Positions 28,120 to 37,094 of a stretch of DNA of 52,278 nt are shown here, piece by piece. The first letter of the stretch is position 1, and every line of letters begins with the position of its first letter. The notes beneath the pieces were generated by a model. It saw only the letters and a list, made by a program, of their open reading frames with translations. It did not search any database and was not told the origin of the DNA. A program made the translations under genes and the position numbers. Source of the DNA: Nitrospinaceae bacterium (lineage in GTDB: Bacteria > Nitrospinota > Nitrospinia > Nitrospinales > VA-1); assembly GCA_028822815.1 (NCBI GenBank), contig JAPKCW010000001.1, forward strand, positions 1-52,278. Reading direction: 5' to 3'.

Positions 28120-28475
28120 TTACAGGTCTTTTATAGATACAATTCCAACGATTTTATTGTCCCGGGTAACCGCCAGATGGCGAATGGATTTTTCACGCAA
28201 CAATTTTCTGGCAGAATCAAGGGTCTCGCTGGCATCAATCGATATCAATGGCTGCGACATCACCTCAGCAACCTGGGTTGATTCGGCGTCAAGGTTTTTT
28301 ATAAGAATTCGGACCATCAAATCGGTTTTGGTAATGATTCCGATAAAGTTTTCGTTGCTGGTTACAAGAAGCGACCCGATTCCATTGGCATAAATTTTTT
28401 CGGCGGTTTTTTCACGTTTTCATCTTGCTCTATGCTTAAAACAGGACTTATCATGCAATTGCCAACGGTTTTCAT
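28120..28475 (-). CDS. stand-alone CBS-pair (Bateman) domain protein, frameshifted as sequenced
   Basis: The 5' part (ATG 28475: MKTVGNCMISPVLSIEQDENVKK) and the 3' ORF (TAEKIYANGIGSLLV...IVGIVSIKDL) are in different frames. They join inside the T6 run 28407-28412 (A6 on the coding strand). One extra A restores a ~118-aa two-CBS protein. Confidence 0.7.
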
Positions 28476-28576
28476 AGCCACACCAAAACAATTTTTAGAA
28501 AAAAACAGGATAAGGACTAATATAATTTTAACAACGGTTTATTGTCAAGATAAACTCGTTTTCAAAGAGGCCGATT

Positions 28577-28822
28577 ATGGGTGAAATAAAATTTGAAAAG
28601 GCCATTCAAAGACTCGAAAAAATAGTCGATGACCTGGAAAAAGGAGAGCTGGATATTGATAAATCCTTGGAGATTTTTGAAGAAGGAATAAAAATGTCGC
28701 GTGTTTGTTCCAAGAAATTGAATGAAGCCGAAGCAAAAATAGAAAAGCTCACCCAAAACCAGAAAGGCGAACTGGTGACCGACTTGTTTCCGGTTGAGGA
28801 TGAAGATGACGCAAAAGATTGA
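28577..28822 (+). CDS. xseB: exodeoxyribonuclease VII small subunit
   Basis: 81 aa. FEKAIQRLEKIVDDLEKGELDIDKSLEIFEEGIKMSRVCSKKL is the XseB signature. AAGAGG lies 6 nt upstream of the ATG. Confidence 0.9.
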   Translation: MGEIKFEKAIQRLEKIVDDLEKGELDIDKSLEIFEEGIKMSRVCSKKLNEAEAKIEKLTQNQKGELVTDLFPVEDEDDAKD

Positions 28823-29602
28823 AAAAATCCGCCTGGACCAGTTGCTGGTAAAAAAAAACTCGTCTCCACCCGGGAAAAAGCCAGAAGCATTATTCTCTCG
28901 GGAAAAGTAAGAGTGCAGGATACCGTTGCCGATAAACCCGGTCGACTGGTTCCTGTAGATTGTCTTCCCGTTATTATTGGTGCGCCCCAACCCTTTGCCA
29001 GCAGGGGCGGATTGAAGCTGGACCACGCCTTAAAACAATTCCATGTTTTGCCTTTAGGAAAAACTGCTATAGATGTGGGAGCTTCGACCGGTGGTTTTAC
29101 GGATTGTCTTTTACAAAACGGCGCTGAAAAAGTGTACGCGGTGGATGTCGGCTACGGGCAGTTGGACTGGAAACTCCGGAGCGACTCGCGGGTCATTTGC
29201 CTGGACCGGAAAAACGCCCGAACATTATGCAAAGAGGATGTTGGGGAAATGCTGGACCTGGCCGTGGTCGATGTATCGTTCATCTCGCTTAAGCTTGTCA
29301 TACCCCCTTTACTGGAAATCCTCAAGCCGGAGGGGGAATTGGTTACCCTGATCAAACCCCAGTTTGAAGTTGGAAAAGAGGAGGTGGAAAACCGTGGCAT
29401 TATTAAAGACCCGGCTAAACATATTCGGGTACTGCTTGAGTTGAACCGTTTTATTGCAGAAAAAGGCTGGGCAGTAAAAGCTGTGACCGAATCTCCCATC
29501 ACCGGTCAAAAAGGTAATCGGGAATTCCTGGCTCACTGTGTTCATGGCCGATTTGCAGATCCAATAGATGAAGAAACCCTCCGCCAACTAGTCCTGGCCT
29601 GA
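28806..29602 (+). CDS. tlyA: TlyA-family rRNA 2'-O-methyltransferase (S4 + FtsJ-like domains), frameshifted as sequenced
   Basis: The S4 N-terminus (MTQKIEKIRLDQLLVKK, ATG 28806 behind GAGGA) is out of frame with the rest (KLVSTREKARSIILSGKVRVQD...DVGASTGGFTDCLLQNGAEKVYAVDVGYGQL). The break is in the A9 run 28850-28858. Confidence 0.8.
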
Positions 29603-29721
29603 TTGCGCCTACCGGTGAGCCCATTCCCGTGGGAGGGAATATAGCAATCACTTTTTCTGGCGAGCAAAGAGTCGTCTCGGCTCAAAAAGCTATTGCTCAT
29701 TACCACCGGGCGTTGCCCGGG

Positions 29722-30084
29722 TTACAACTCGTCTTTATAGACGATAAAACAATCTGCCGGGTAGACCAAATGTGTGTCTCCCCACTGGCTGGAAGACCCG
29801 GTGTCCCATTGTGTTTCGTCTTCGAGGGGTTTCATGCGTACCCCACCTGATCCGCCATAAATGAGCAGGGCAACTCCATCTCCGGATTCTTCCACTTTGC
29901 AGGCATAAGCGGGGCACGATGTATTGGAGTCCGCGTCCCAACCCGTGATCTGAACCGGTTGTTCCTCACCGTTTACCGGGTATTTGATGCAATACAATTC
30001 CCGGGGCAGACTGATATCCCGAAAAATCATATTGAAGCTCCGGTCAGTATTGGTATTGGAATCGACTTCGACAAACACGAGCAT
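29722..30084 (-). CDS. hypothetical 120-aa protein (no recognisable family)
   Basis: This is the only sizeable ORF in a 620-nt gap. The composition is protein-like (acidic, beta-rich, 4 Cys). GGAGA lies just upstream; a GTG two codons in has better spacing. No motif recognised. Confidence 0.4.
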   Translation of the reverse strand: MLVFVEVDSNTNTDRSFNMIFRDISLPRELYCIKYPVNGEEQPVQITGWDADSNTSCPAYACKVEESGDGVALLIYGGSGGVRMKPLEDETQWDTGSSSQWGDTHLVYPADCFIVYKDEL

Positions 30085-30168
30085 TCTCCATGCAAGTATT
30101 GAAAGAGATTATCTTACCTCCATTCAGCAGGCAGGAACAAGAAAATCTGGACGGAGGGAAAAAGGTAT

Positions 30169-30196
30169 AAAAAAACCGAGTGTGGAGCACACTCGG
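30169..30196 (-). terminator. rho-independent terminator after the HD-GYP gene
   Basis: The minus strand reads CCGAGTGTG-CTC-CACACTCGG followed by T7. It lies 27 nt past the stop codon. Confidence 0.65.
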
Positions 30197-30222
30197 TGGT
30201 TGAAAAACAGGGACAGTACCAG

Positions 30223-31263
30223 TCAGGCGCTGGCTGCTACCTGGTTGCCGGATGACTGCGAAGAACCGGCTGATTTGGACGCAGAAACTTTTGCCGCAGC
30301 AGCATCCGCAAGGGTTTTGATGAAGTTGACCAAAATTCGCATGTCAAACTGCCCTTCCATATTGTTTTTCATTTCACTCAGGGCGGCAAAAGGAGTCATG
30401 CCCGGTCGATTTTTACGGGGAGCGGTTAAAGCCCCAAAAACATCCATGATGTTACAAATTCTTGCGTACAGGGAAATCTTGTCTCCCTTTAATTCGAACG
30501 GGTAGCCGGTGCCGTCAAACTTTTCATGATGTTCCGCCACCATTCTTAAAATGTTTTCGCTATAACATTTCATATCGTTGAGCGCCTTGCGGCCGGCTGA
30601 CGGATGTTTGCGAATGAATTGGAACTCGTCCGGCTCCAGTTTCCCTTCTTTCATTATAATTTCATAGGGAACGGACTTTTTGCCAATATCGAATAACATG
30701 CCCCCCAGACCGATCTCGCGCACGGCATCCGGTTGCATTTTCAAATTAGTCGCCAAGGCCATGCAATACATACTGGTGTTGATGCAATGGATATAGGAAT
30801 GGTAATCCTTTTTAGTGACATGGAAAACATCTATAAACTCAAGGTTTCCACGATCCATGCATTCTTGAATTATTTTAACCAGACCTTCCAGGGTACGTAA
30901 AATGCGCGAGGAACCGATGTTCTCAAAATATTCCTTGATCACCTGTTCGCTCAAAAGGTAGGCATCTTTTAAAACCTTTTTCGGCGGTTCGTTTTCCAGA
31001 GCTTTTTGCAGTTGCCCCATTTTAAAATCTTTATAGTATTTGATGAGGTCGGTTTCATGGATGAAAAACTCCATGCAATCATCGCCCTCCATCATTTTTT
31101 TGATCTTTTCGTGGTTCTCCGGCGTGTAGTGCACAAATTTCTGGAACAGCGGTTGATCGTTCTCATCGTATTCCGCGAGATAAGAAATTTCAAAACCCTG
31201 ATCGCAGCTTTTATTTAGAAAACCACTATTTATTTCACGATAAAAATGAGCGATACTTTCCAT
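30223..31263 (-). CDS. HD-GYP domain protein (putative c-di-GMP phosphodiesterase) with uncharacterised N-terminal domain
   Basis: HD motifs are present: H..NTSMYCMALA, GGMLFDIGK, HP..G and HHEKFDGTGYP. I chose ATG 31263 (MESIAHFY) rather than the TTG at 31314. Confidence 0.85.
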   Translation of the reverse strand: MESIAHFYREINSGFLNKSCDQGFEISYLAEYDENDQPLFQKFVHYTPENHEKIKKMMEGDDCMEFFIHETDLIKYYKDFKMGQLQKALENEPPKKVLKDAYLLSEQVIKEYFENIGSSRILRTLEGLVKIIQECMDRGNLEFIDVFHVTKKDYHSYIHCINTSMYCMALATNLKMQPDAVREIGLGGMLFDIGKKSVPYEIIMKEGKLEPDEFQFIRKHPSAGRKALNDMKCYSENILRMVAEHHEKFDGTGYPFELKGDKISLYARICNIMDVFGALTAPRKNRPGMTPFAALSEMKNNMEGQFDMRILVNFIKTLADAAAAKVSASKSAGSSQSSGNQVAASA

Positions 31264-31623
31264 AATCGCTTGTTTCTCCCCGAAAATAGCAACTGGTATA
31301 AACAGAAAGCTCAAAAAAATCTAAGCTTTTACCGACAGGTTCATGGTGTTCGAATTTGTGATTAATGATAAAATAGTTCATAACAGCCTAAAAATCAATT
31401 ACTTAACTTAAAAAAATAAATTTTCCCCACAGGCCCGATTTTAAACAACTCCCCAATTTGGGGGGGGATAAAATAGATTCCCCAAAACCCAAGAGTAATT
31501 GTAATTGTTTAAATTAAAATGTTTTTGTTGAATCTATTTTGGTGCGGGTAAAAATTTCCCCTTCTGCTTTCCATTTATGGGATATTGCGGTCGAATTTAA
31601 GGGCGTCTCCAAAAATTGTTTTT

Positions 31624-31747
31624 GGCCACCGGCGAACCGTCGGAGGCAACTGGCAGAAACTCTTTCAGACGAGATGAGTTGTTGCTAACCAGACAGGGCT
31701 ATTGCTCATTGGCCCCACGCCTAGTGGTTGCCATAGAGAAAATTACC
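31624..31747 (+). repeat. family-A REP/MITE-like repeat, forward orientation
   Basis: ...CCGTCGGAGGCAACTGG...GGCCCCACGCCTAGTGG (31711-31727) plus the tail GTTGCCATAGAGAAAATTACC, which is shared with the copy at 37210-37246. Confidence 0.8.
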
Positions 31748-31807
31748 AAATAACACAGAGATCCTTTGAATTTATCTTTAAGGATTGATCAGCCGGGAGT
31801 CTGAAAA

Positions 31808-32557
31808 ATGTATAAGTTGGTCCTTTTAAGACATGGCCAGAGCCAATGGAATTTGGAAAACCGGTTTACCGGTTGGACCGATGTTGACCTGACTGAACAG
31901 GGAAAACAGGAAGCCGAGACGGCTGGAAAACTTTTTCTGGAAGAAGGCTATACCTTCGATTTGGCCTACACCTCTGTCCTCAAGCGGGCAATTCGAACTT
32001 TGTGGATTGTGCTGGATAAAATGGATTTAATGTGGATTCCAGTCACCCGGTCCTGGAAGCTGAACGAACGCCACTATGGTGCTCTGCAAGGATTGAACAA
32101 AGCGGAAACGGCTAAGAAACACGGCGCAGAGCAGGTGAAAATCTGGCGCAGAAGTTATGCCACTCCCCCTCCCCCGCTTTCTGAAGATGACGAAAGGTTG
32201 CCTGCAAAAGATGCCCGCTATGCTGGCATACCAAAAAACCAATTGCCTGCCGCAGAAGCTTTAAAGCATACGGTCGACCGATTTTTACCCTACTGGTTTG
32301 ATCAGATTGTGCCTTCCATCAAAGCCGGAAAAAAAGTTTTGATTTGCGCGCATGGCAACAGCTTAAGAGCTCTGGTCATGCACCTGGACAACATCAGCGA
32401 AGACGATATTCTGGAATTGAATATTCCTACCGGCATTCCGTTGGTCTATGAATTAGACGCGGACTTGAAACCCATCAAACATTATTATCTGGGCGACCCC
32501 GAAGCCGCCAAAAAAGCCGCCGAAGCCGTCGCCAACCAATCCACTAGCCGCCACTAG
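31808..32557 (+). CDS. gpmA: 2,3-bisphosphoglycerate-dependent phosphoglycerate mutase
   Basis: Family motifs: [58 protein letters not shown] lies upstream of the ATG. Confidence 0.93.
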   Translation: MYKLVLLRHGQSQWNLENRFTGWTDVDLTEQGKQEAETAGKLFLEEGYTFDLAYTSVLKRAIRTLWIVLDKMDLMWIPVTRSWKLNERHYGALQGLNKAETAKKHGAEQVKIWRRSYATPPPPLSEDDERLPAKDARYAGIPKNQLPAAEALKHTVDRFLPYWFDQIVPSIKAGKKVLICAHGNSLRALVMHLDNISEDDILELNIPTGIPLVYELDADLKPIKHYYLGDPEAAKKAAEAVANQSTSRH

Positions 32558-32567
32558 GCGTGAGGCC
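32541..32567. repeat. family-A repeat end, tandem CCACTAG copies in the gpmA/recN overlap
   Basis: CCACTAGCCG-CCACTAGGCGTGAGGCC. It supplies the stop codons of both convergent genes. Confidence 0.75.
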
Positions 32568-34259
32568 GGGGCGGAGCATTTCGCGGGCGTGTTCGAGGGA
32601 AGCATCGGTGATGGTTTCACCGCTGGACATGCGGGCCAGTTCTTCAACGCGTTCTTCATATTCCAGCAGGTGAATGCTGGACCGGGTGCGTTTCCCTTTC
32701 ACCTCTTTTTCAATGCGGAAATGGGAAGAAGCCAACCCGGCTATCTGCGGGGAATGGGTGATACAAAAAACTTGTTTGCTCGTGGCGACTTTTTTCAATT
32801 TGAGTCCTACTTTTTCCGCCACCCTGCCGCCGATACCGGAATCTACTTCATCGAAAATCATCACCGGAATGGTGTCCTGATCGTTCAAAATAGATTTTAA
32901 AGCCAGCATCACCCGGGATACTTCACCGCCTGAAGCGATTTTAACCAGAGGCCGCATTTCCTCGCCTGGGTTGGGGGAAAATATAAACTCCAGCGTGCCC
33001 AATCCGGTTGGCGTGGCCTTCATTTTTTCTTTGCGGAATAGAATAAATCCACCGTCGTCAGACGGGTAATCAAAACGTACACCAAACCGGACGCTACCCA
33101 TACTCAGTTCTTTCAGTTCCTTTTCGACACTGCCAGTAAATTTTTTTGCCGCGGACTCCCTTTCTTCAGCCAGACGGATGGCGAGTTTAGACAGCACCCC
33201 TTCTTTTTGCTTCAGCTCTTCTTCCAGGGCTTTCCTGTTTTCTTCATTGGAGGCCAACTGCTGCAATTCTTCTGCGATCAGTTCCCGGCGTTTTAAAATT
33301 TCGGGGATATCGTTACCATATTTTCGTTTCAGTCCGTTTATCTCGGCGAGCCGGTCTTCAATTTCTTCCAGCCGATTAGGATTGAACTCCAAAGACCGGT
33401 CATAACTGCGCAAAGAGTCCACCACCTCTTCCAGTTCATAGTAGGCGGAGCGGGACCGCTCAACCATTTCTGCCAGACCGGGGTCGATCTCAAGCACAGA
33501 TTCCAGTTCTTTCAAAACCTGCCCCAGGTTTTCTAATATGGAACCCTGGTCATCAGTTAACAGGGATTGGCTTTGTTGCAGGCCTGCGCGTATTTTTCCG
33601 GCGTGTTTCAGTTTATTGCTCTCTGCCTTGATTTCTTCTTCCTCTTCTTCTGAAAGTCCGGCCGTATCAATTTCGGAGAGTTGAAAGTTCAGGAACTCCT
33701 CTTTTTGTAACCGTTCTTGTTCATCCATTTTCATGGATTGCAGTTTTTTTGTTTGGGCCTGGTAGTCCGAGAAATTTTGGGCAAACTCATCCCGAAGATC
33801 TCTGGATTTGCCGTACAGGTCTAAAAGATCGATATGGGTTTCAGGATGAAGAAGGGCCTGGTGATCGTGTTGTCCGTGCAGGTCCACCAAGCGGTCGCCG
33901 ATTTTTGCCAGGGTGGAAACCGTGACGGAGCTGTCATTGAGCAGGCATCGATTTTTTCCGGAATTGGAAATCTGGCGTTTGACAAGAAGTTCGCATTCTT
34001 CCATTTCGATGCCGGATTCCCGAATCAAGTCGAGAGTAAGGGGATCGGTAACTTCAAACACCCCTTCCACAAAAGCGGTGGTTTCTCCAGAACGAATGGA
34101 GTCGGTATCTGCTCTGCCTCCAAGCAGGAGATTCAGCGCGTCGATGATGATGGATTTACCCGCGCCGGTTTCACCCGTCAGCACATTCAAGCCTTTTTCA
34201 AAATTCACCGATAGATTTTCTATGATGGCGAAATTGCGGATTCTAATTTCTTTAATCAT
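32544..34259 (-). CDS. recN: DNA repair protein RecN
   Basis: N-terminal Walker A ([19 protein letters not shown]), a long coiled-coil middle, and C-terminal SGGE..R and [12 protein letters not shown] motifs. Confidence 0.93.
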   Translation of the reverse strand: MIKEIRIRNFAIIENLSVNFEKGLNVLTGETGAGKSIIIDALNLLLGGRADTDSIRSGETTAFVEGVFEVTDPLTLDLIRESGIEMEECELLVKRQISNSGKNRCLLNDSSVTVSTLAKIGDRLVDLHGQHDHQALLHPETHIDLLDLYGKSRDLRDEFAQNFSDYQAQTKKLQSMKMDEQERLQKEEFLNFQLSEIDTAGLSEEEEEEIKAESNKLKHAGKIRAGLQQSQSLLTDDQGSILENLGQVLKELESVLEIDPGLAEMVERSRSAYYELEEVVDSLRSYDRSLEFNPNRLEEIEDRLAEINGLKRKYGNDIPEILKRRELIAEELQQLASNEENRKALEEELKQKEGVLSKLAIRLAEERESAAKKFTGSVEKELKELSMGSVRFGVRFDYPSDDGGFILFRKEKMKATPTGLGTLEFIFSPNPGEEMRPLVKIASGGEVSRVMLALKSILNDQDTIPVMIFDEVDSGIGGRVAEKVGLKLKKVATSKQVFCITHSPQIAGLASSHFRIEKEVKGKRTRSSIHLLEYEERVEELARMSSGETITDASLEHAREMLRPGLTPSGG

Positions 34260-35001
34260 GGGTCAGTTTTTTCATCAACTCCTGGCCTTGGGTCCTGAAA
34301 TTTAAAAGGTCCTCATCATCCGCAACATTATCGGTCAGACGCCGTAAAGTGAGAAGCGATTTCCGGGCCAAGGCGAAATTATTTTGTGTGTAATAAGCTT
34401 GGGCCAGTCCAAGATGGTTTTCAACATAATCAGGGCTTTGACGAACCGCTTCCTCAAAATGGTAAACCGATTTGTCATCACTGCCACCGAGAAAAAAGGG
34501 TAACTCCAGATACAAATTTCCCAGCGCACGATGTGGGCCCCCGTCCTCAATAGCCGGGTCGAGTTCCAGTGCTTTTTTCATATCCTCTTCAAAAGGCCCG
34601 ATGATGCCCAGGCTGGCCCAGATGCCATTCATTTCTCCTTGTTTTCCCCGGCATAGGGCGCGGAAAAAGTAACTGATGGCAGAGTCGGGTTTCAATTCCA
34701 GGGCTTGGCTACTGTGTCTTATGCATTGGTCGTAATGATGGTTTTTTGTGTCTTCGGCCCTTTTCGCAATGGAGTAATGGGAGCGAGCCAGTCGCCATTG
34801 CCATTCTGGGTTGCCCGGTTCTTTTTTCAGGATTTTTTGGATTTTATTCGCGATTTGTTCAAACTCTTTGAGGGTTCTGGCTTGCTGGTATTGTTTATCT
34901 ATCTCGTTTTGCCCGGCAGAGACGATATTCCCGGTTGCAATCATGGAAAAAACCGCCAGCAGGAAAACCCGGATTTTTTTTCGTGATGAAATTTTTGTCA
35001 T
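34252..35001 (-). CDS. secreted TPR-like helical-repeat protein (possibly TatT-like)
   Basis: ATG 35001 gives a signal peptide (MTKISSRKKIRVFLLAVFSMIATGNIVSA), then an all-alpha repeat region (LELKPDSAISYFFRALC..., GGPHRALGNLYLELP). The family call is tentative. Confidence 0.6.
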   Translation of the reverse strand: MTKISSRKKIRVFLLAVFSMIATGNIVSAGQNEIDKQYQQARTLKEFEQIANKIQKILKKEPGNPEWQWRLARSHYSIAKRAEDTKNHHYDQCIRHSSQALELKPDSAISYFFRALCRGKQGEMNGIWASLGIIGPFEEDMKKALELDPAIEDGGPHRALGNLYLELPFFLGGSDDKSVYHFEEAVRQSPDYVENHLGLAQAYYTQNNFALARKSLLTLRRLTDNVADDEDLLNFRTQGQELMKKLTHD

Positions 35002-35116
35002 GGCCAAAAGAAATTTTTCGAGGTACCTCGGAGATACTCTTAGTTTGTCCCGCCGGTTTGCGTTATAATTCGTGGAGAACCTCCACCAGCAATACGCCAT
35101 ATCGAATGTATCATAT

Positions 35117-35713
35117 ATGAATAAAATCCTTTCTTTAATGGTTCTAACTGTTGTTTTTGCGGTTCCCGGTTTGCTCTGGGCGGAATCCAATGACCCTCAA
35201 GCCGCAGTGCAAGAGCTTTTAGGAGAAATTCGCCAGATTAAGAAGAATCTTTCTGGCCAGGAAAAGGCCGATAATCAGAAACATGCCCATTCCGCTTTGG
35301 TTTGGCTGAATGTTGCCGAGATCAGCAAAAAAGCTTTGGGAAAACATTGGGCCAAGCGCAGTGACTCCGAACAGAAAAGGTTTCAGGCTTTGCTCGGTGA
35401 GTTGTTCCTGCATGTGGCGTTTCCCAGTTCCGCGAAATTTTTTGCTGAACTGGATCTGATGTATGGGAAAACCACAGAGGAAAAACAACGGACGGTGGTT
35501 CCTTTGACAGTGGTGCATGAAAAAGAAGGAGAAGTCGATATTAATTTCCGTCTTACCCGGACTGCGGGTAACTGGCAGGTGGTGGATGTCATTCTGGATG
35601 GTGTCAGCATGAGGAACAATTTGCGCAGTAAGTTTTATAAAGTGATAACCAAAAAAGGTTTTGATGAACTCATGCGCAAAATGGAGAATAAGTTGAAAGC
35701 TTCAAAGAGCTAA
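35117..35713 (+). CDS. MlaC/Ttg2D-family periplasmic lipid-binding protein
   Basis: Signal peptide MNKILSLMVLTVVFAVPGLLWA. Family blocks are present (ISKKALGKHWAKRSDSEQKRFQALLGELF, VDINFRLTRTAGNWQVVDVILDGVSMRNNLRSKF). Confidence 0.75.
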   Translation: MNKILSLMVLTVVFAVPGLLWAESNDPQAAVQELLGEIRQIKKNLSGQEKADNQKHAHSALVWLNVAEISKKALGKHWAKRSDSEQKRFQALLGELFLHVAFPSSAKFFAELDLMYGKTTEEKQRTVVPLTVVHEKEGEVDINFRLTRTAGNWQVVDVILDGVSMRNNLRSKFYKVITKKGFDELMRKMENKLKASKS

Positions 35714-35733
35714 CCCGTATATTGCATGATAAA

Positions 35734-37086
35734 ATGGAACAAAAAATGAAAAAAGTTGGCATGGTTAGTTTGGGGTGTCCGAAAAACACGGTGGACTCCG
35801 AAAGGGTGTTGGGCGATCTGGTTTCTTCCGGATTCAGCCTCACTACGAATGAAGAAGACGCAGAGGTGATTATTGTCAACACCTGCGGTTTTATAGAGTC
35901 TGCCAAAAAAGAATCGATCGATACGATTCTGGAAATGGCCCGGCACAAGGCAGGGGGAAAATGCAAACAGTTGATCGTCACCGGTTGCCTGGCCGAACGT
36001 TATAGCCAGGAACTGCTTGATGAAATCCCTGAAATCGACCACCTGCTGGGGGTGGGCCAGTATCCTCAACTGAAAAACATTATCGCGGATGTCGACCCGT
36101 TATCAAAAAATCATGTCGCCACACCCGCCGAATATTACGAGTCTTATACAGACCGGCTATTAACAACGGCTTTTTATACCGCGTATTTAAAAATTTCCGA
36201 AGGTTGCTCCAACCGTTGTGCATTTTGCATCATTCCAAAAATGCGGGGCCCGATGCGCAGTCGGTCACCGGAATCCATTCTTGCTGAAACCGAGCATTTA
36301 GCCCGCAAGGGAGTCAAAGAGTTCAACCTGATTTCTCAGGACACCACCATGTACGGTTTTGATCTGGGAATGAAAGATGGACTGGTTCGCCTGCTTCGGG
36401 AAATGGCCAAGGTCGAAGGGTTGGAGTGGATACGACTTTTATATTGTTACCCGACCTTTTTGAACTCGGAGATGATTGAGTTTATCGGGTCCGAACCCAA
36501 AGTCTGCAGCTACATTGATGTGCCTCTGCAACACACGCATGACGAGATGCTTAAAAGTATGAAGCGGCAGGAAACCGAACTCGGGGTCAGGAAAATGCTC
36601 GAGGAGGTTCGGCTGAAAATTCCAAGTGTAGCATTGAGAACCACATTTATTACCGGGTTTCCGGGAGAGACCGAAACGCATTTCCGACACATGGTCCGGT
36701 TCCTTTGTGAAATGGAATTTGACCATGTTGGAATTTTTACTTATTCGGATGAGGAGGGTACCACCGCTTACGATTACCCAGGCCGGGTGCCGCAGGAAGT
36801 CAAAGAAGAAAGAAAAAATATCCTGATGGAATTTCAACAGGAAATTGTTCTTCGAAAAAACCGGGAGCGCCTGGGCAAGGTGGAATCGGTTTTAGTGGAA
36901 GGTTTTGACCCGCAGGAAAACTATTTGATGACCGGAAGGCTCGCCTCCCAGGCCCCGGATATTGACGGGCAGGTCCTGCTTGAAAAATGTGAAGCTGAGC
37001 CCGGACAGATCATTTCCGTAAAAATTAAAGCGGTGGCGGATTATGACCTGATCGCGGAGCCGGTGCAAACGGCTATTTCTCCATGA
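35734..37086 (+). CDS. rimO: ribosomal protein S12 methylthiotransferase RimO
   Basis: N-terminal MTTase domain (KKVGMVSLGCPKNTVDSE, VNTCGFI), a radical-SAM CSNRCAFC motif and a C-terminal TRAM domain. The start is ambiguous (ATG 35734 or 35746). Confidence 0.9.
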   Translation: MEQKMKKVGMVSLGCPKNTVDSERVLGDLVSSGFSLTTNEEDAEVIIVNTCGFIESAKKESIDTILEMARHKAGGKCKQLIVTGCLAERYSQELLDEIPEIDHLLGVGQYPQLKNIIADVDPLSKNHVATPAEYYESYTDRLLTTAFYTAYLKISEGCSNRCAFCIIPKMRGPMRSRSPESILAETEHLARKGVKEFNLISQDTTMYGFDLGMKDGLVRLLREMAKVEGLEWIRLLYCYPTFLNSEMIEFIGSEPKVCSYIDVPLQHTHDEMLKSMKRQETELGVRKMLEEVRLKIPSVALRTTFITGFPGETETHFRHMVRFLCEMEFDHVGIFTYSDEEGTTAYDYPGRVPQEVKEERKNILMEFQQEIVLRKNRERLGKVESVLVEGFDPQENYLMTGRLASQAPDIDGQVLLEKCEAEPGQIISVKIKAVADYDLIAEPVQTAISP

Positions 37087-37094
37087 GCACCTTA

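Noticed and set aside
28407-28412. Programmed ribosomal frameshifting or transcriptional slippage as the explanation for the breaks in the CBS gene, tlyA and pfk.
   Set aside because: There are no slippery heptamer or downstream-structure features, and the genes are unrelated housekeeping types with no known recoding. All three breaks are homopolymers reading shorter than required, which fits run-length sequencing error best. This cannot be excluded without reads.
29722-29736. The C-terminal KDEL in the orphan 120-aa ORF as a eukaryote-like ER-retention signal, implying an effector.
   Set aside because: A four-residue match at the end of an unverified ORF is expected by chance. There is no secretion signal or secretion-system context.
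29629-30505. Plus-strand ORFs at 29629-29850 (73 aa, GTG start) and 29984-30505 (173 aa).
   Set aside because: The second is largely antisense to the HD-GYP gene and crosses its terminator. The first overlaps the more protein-like minus-strand ORF and has no RBS. Neither shows motifs.
35002-35190. Long N-terminal extensions in the ORF track. They affect the TPR-like gene (to 35190), the symporter (to 16977), its small subunit (to 17311), the Maf-like gene (TTG 10649), the HD-GYP gene (TTG 31314) and the MlaC-like gene (GTG 35072).
   Set aside because: Internal ATG codons give proper signal peptides or family-typical N-termini. They also avoid overlap with neighbouring genes or terminators. 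The extensions have no homology-like features.
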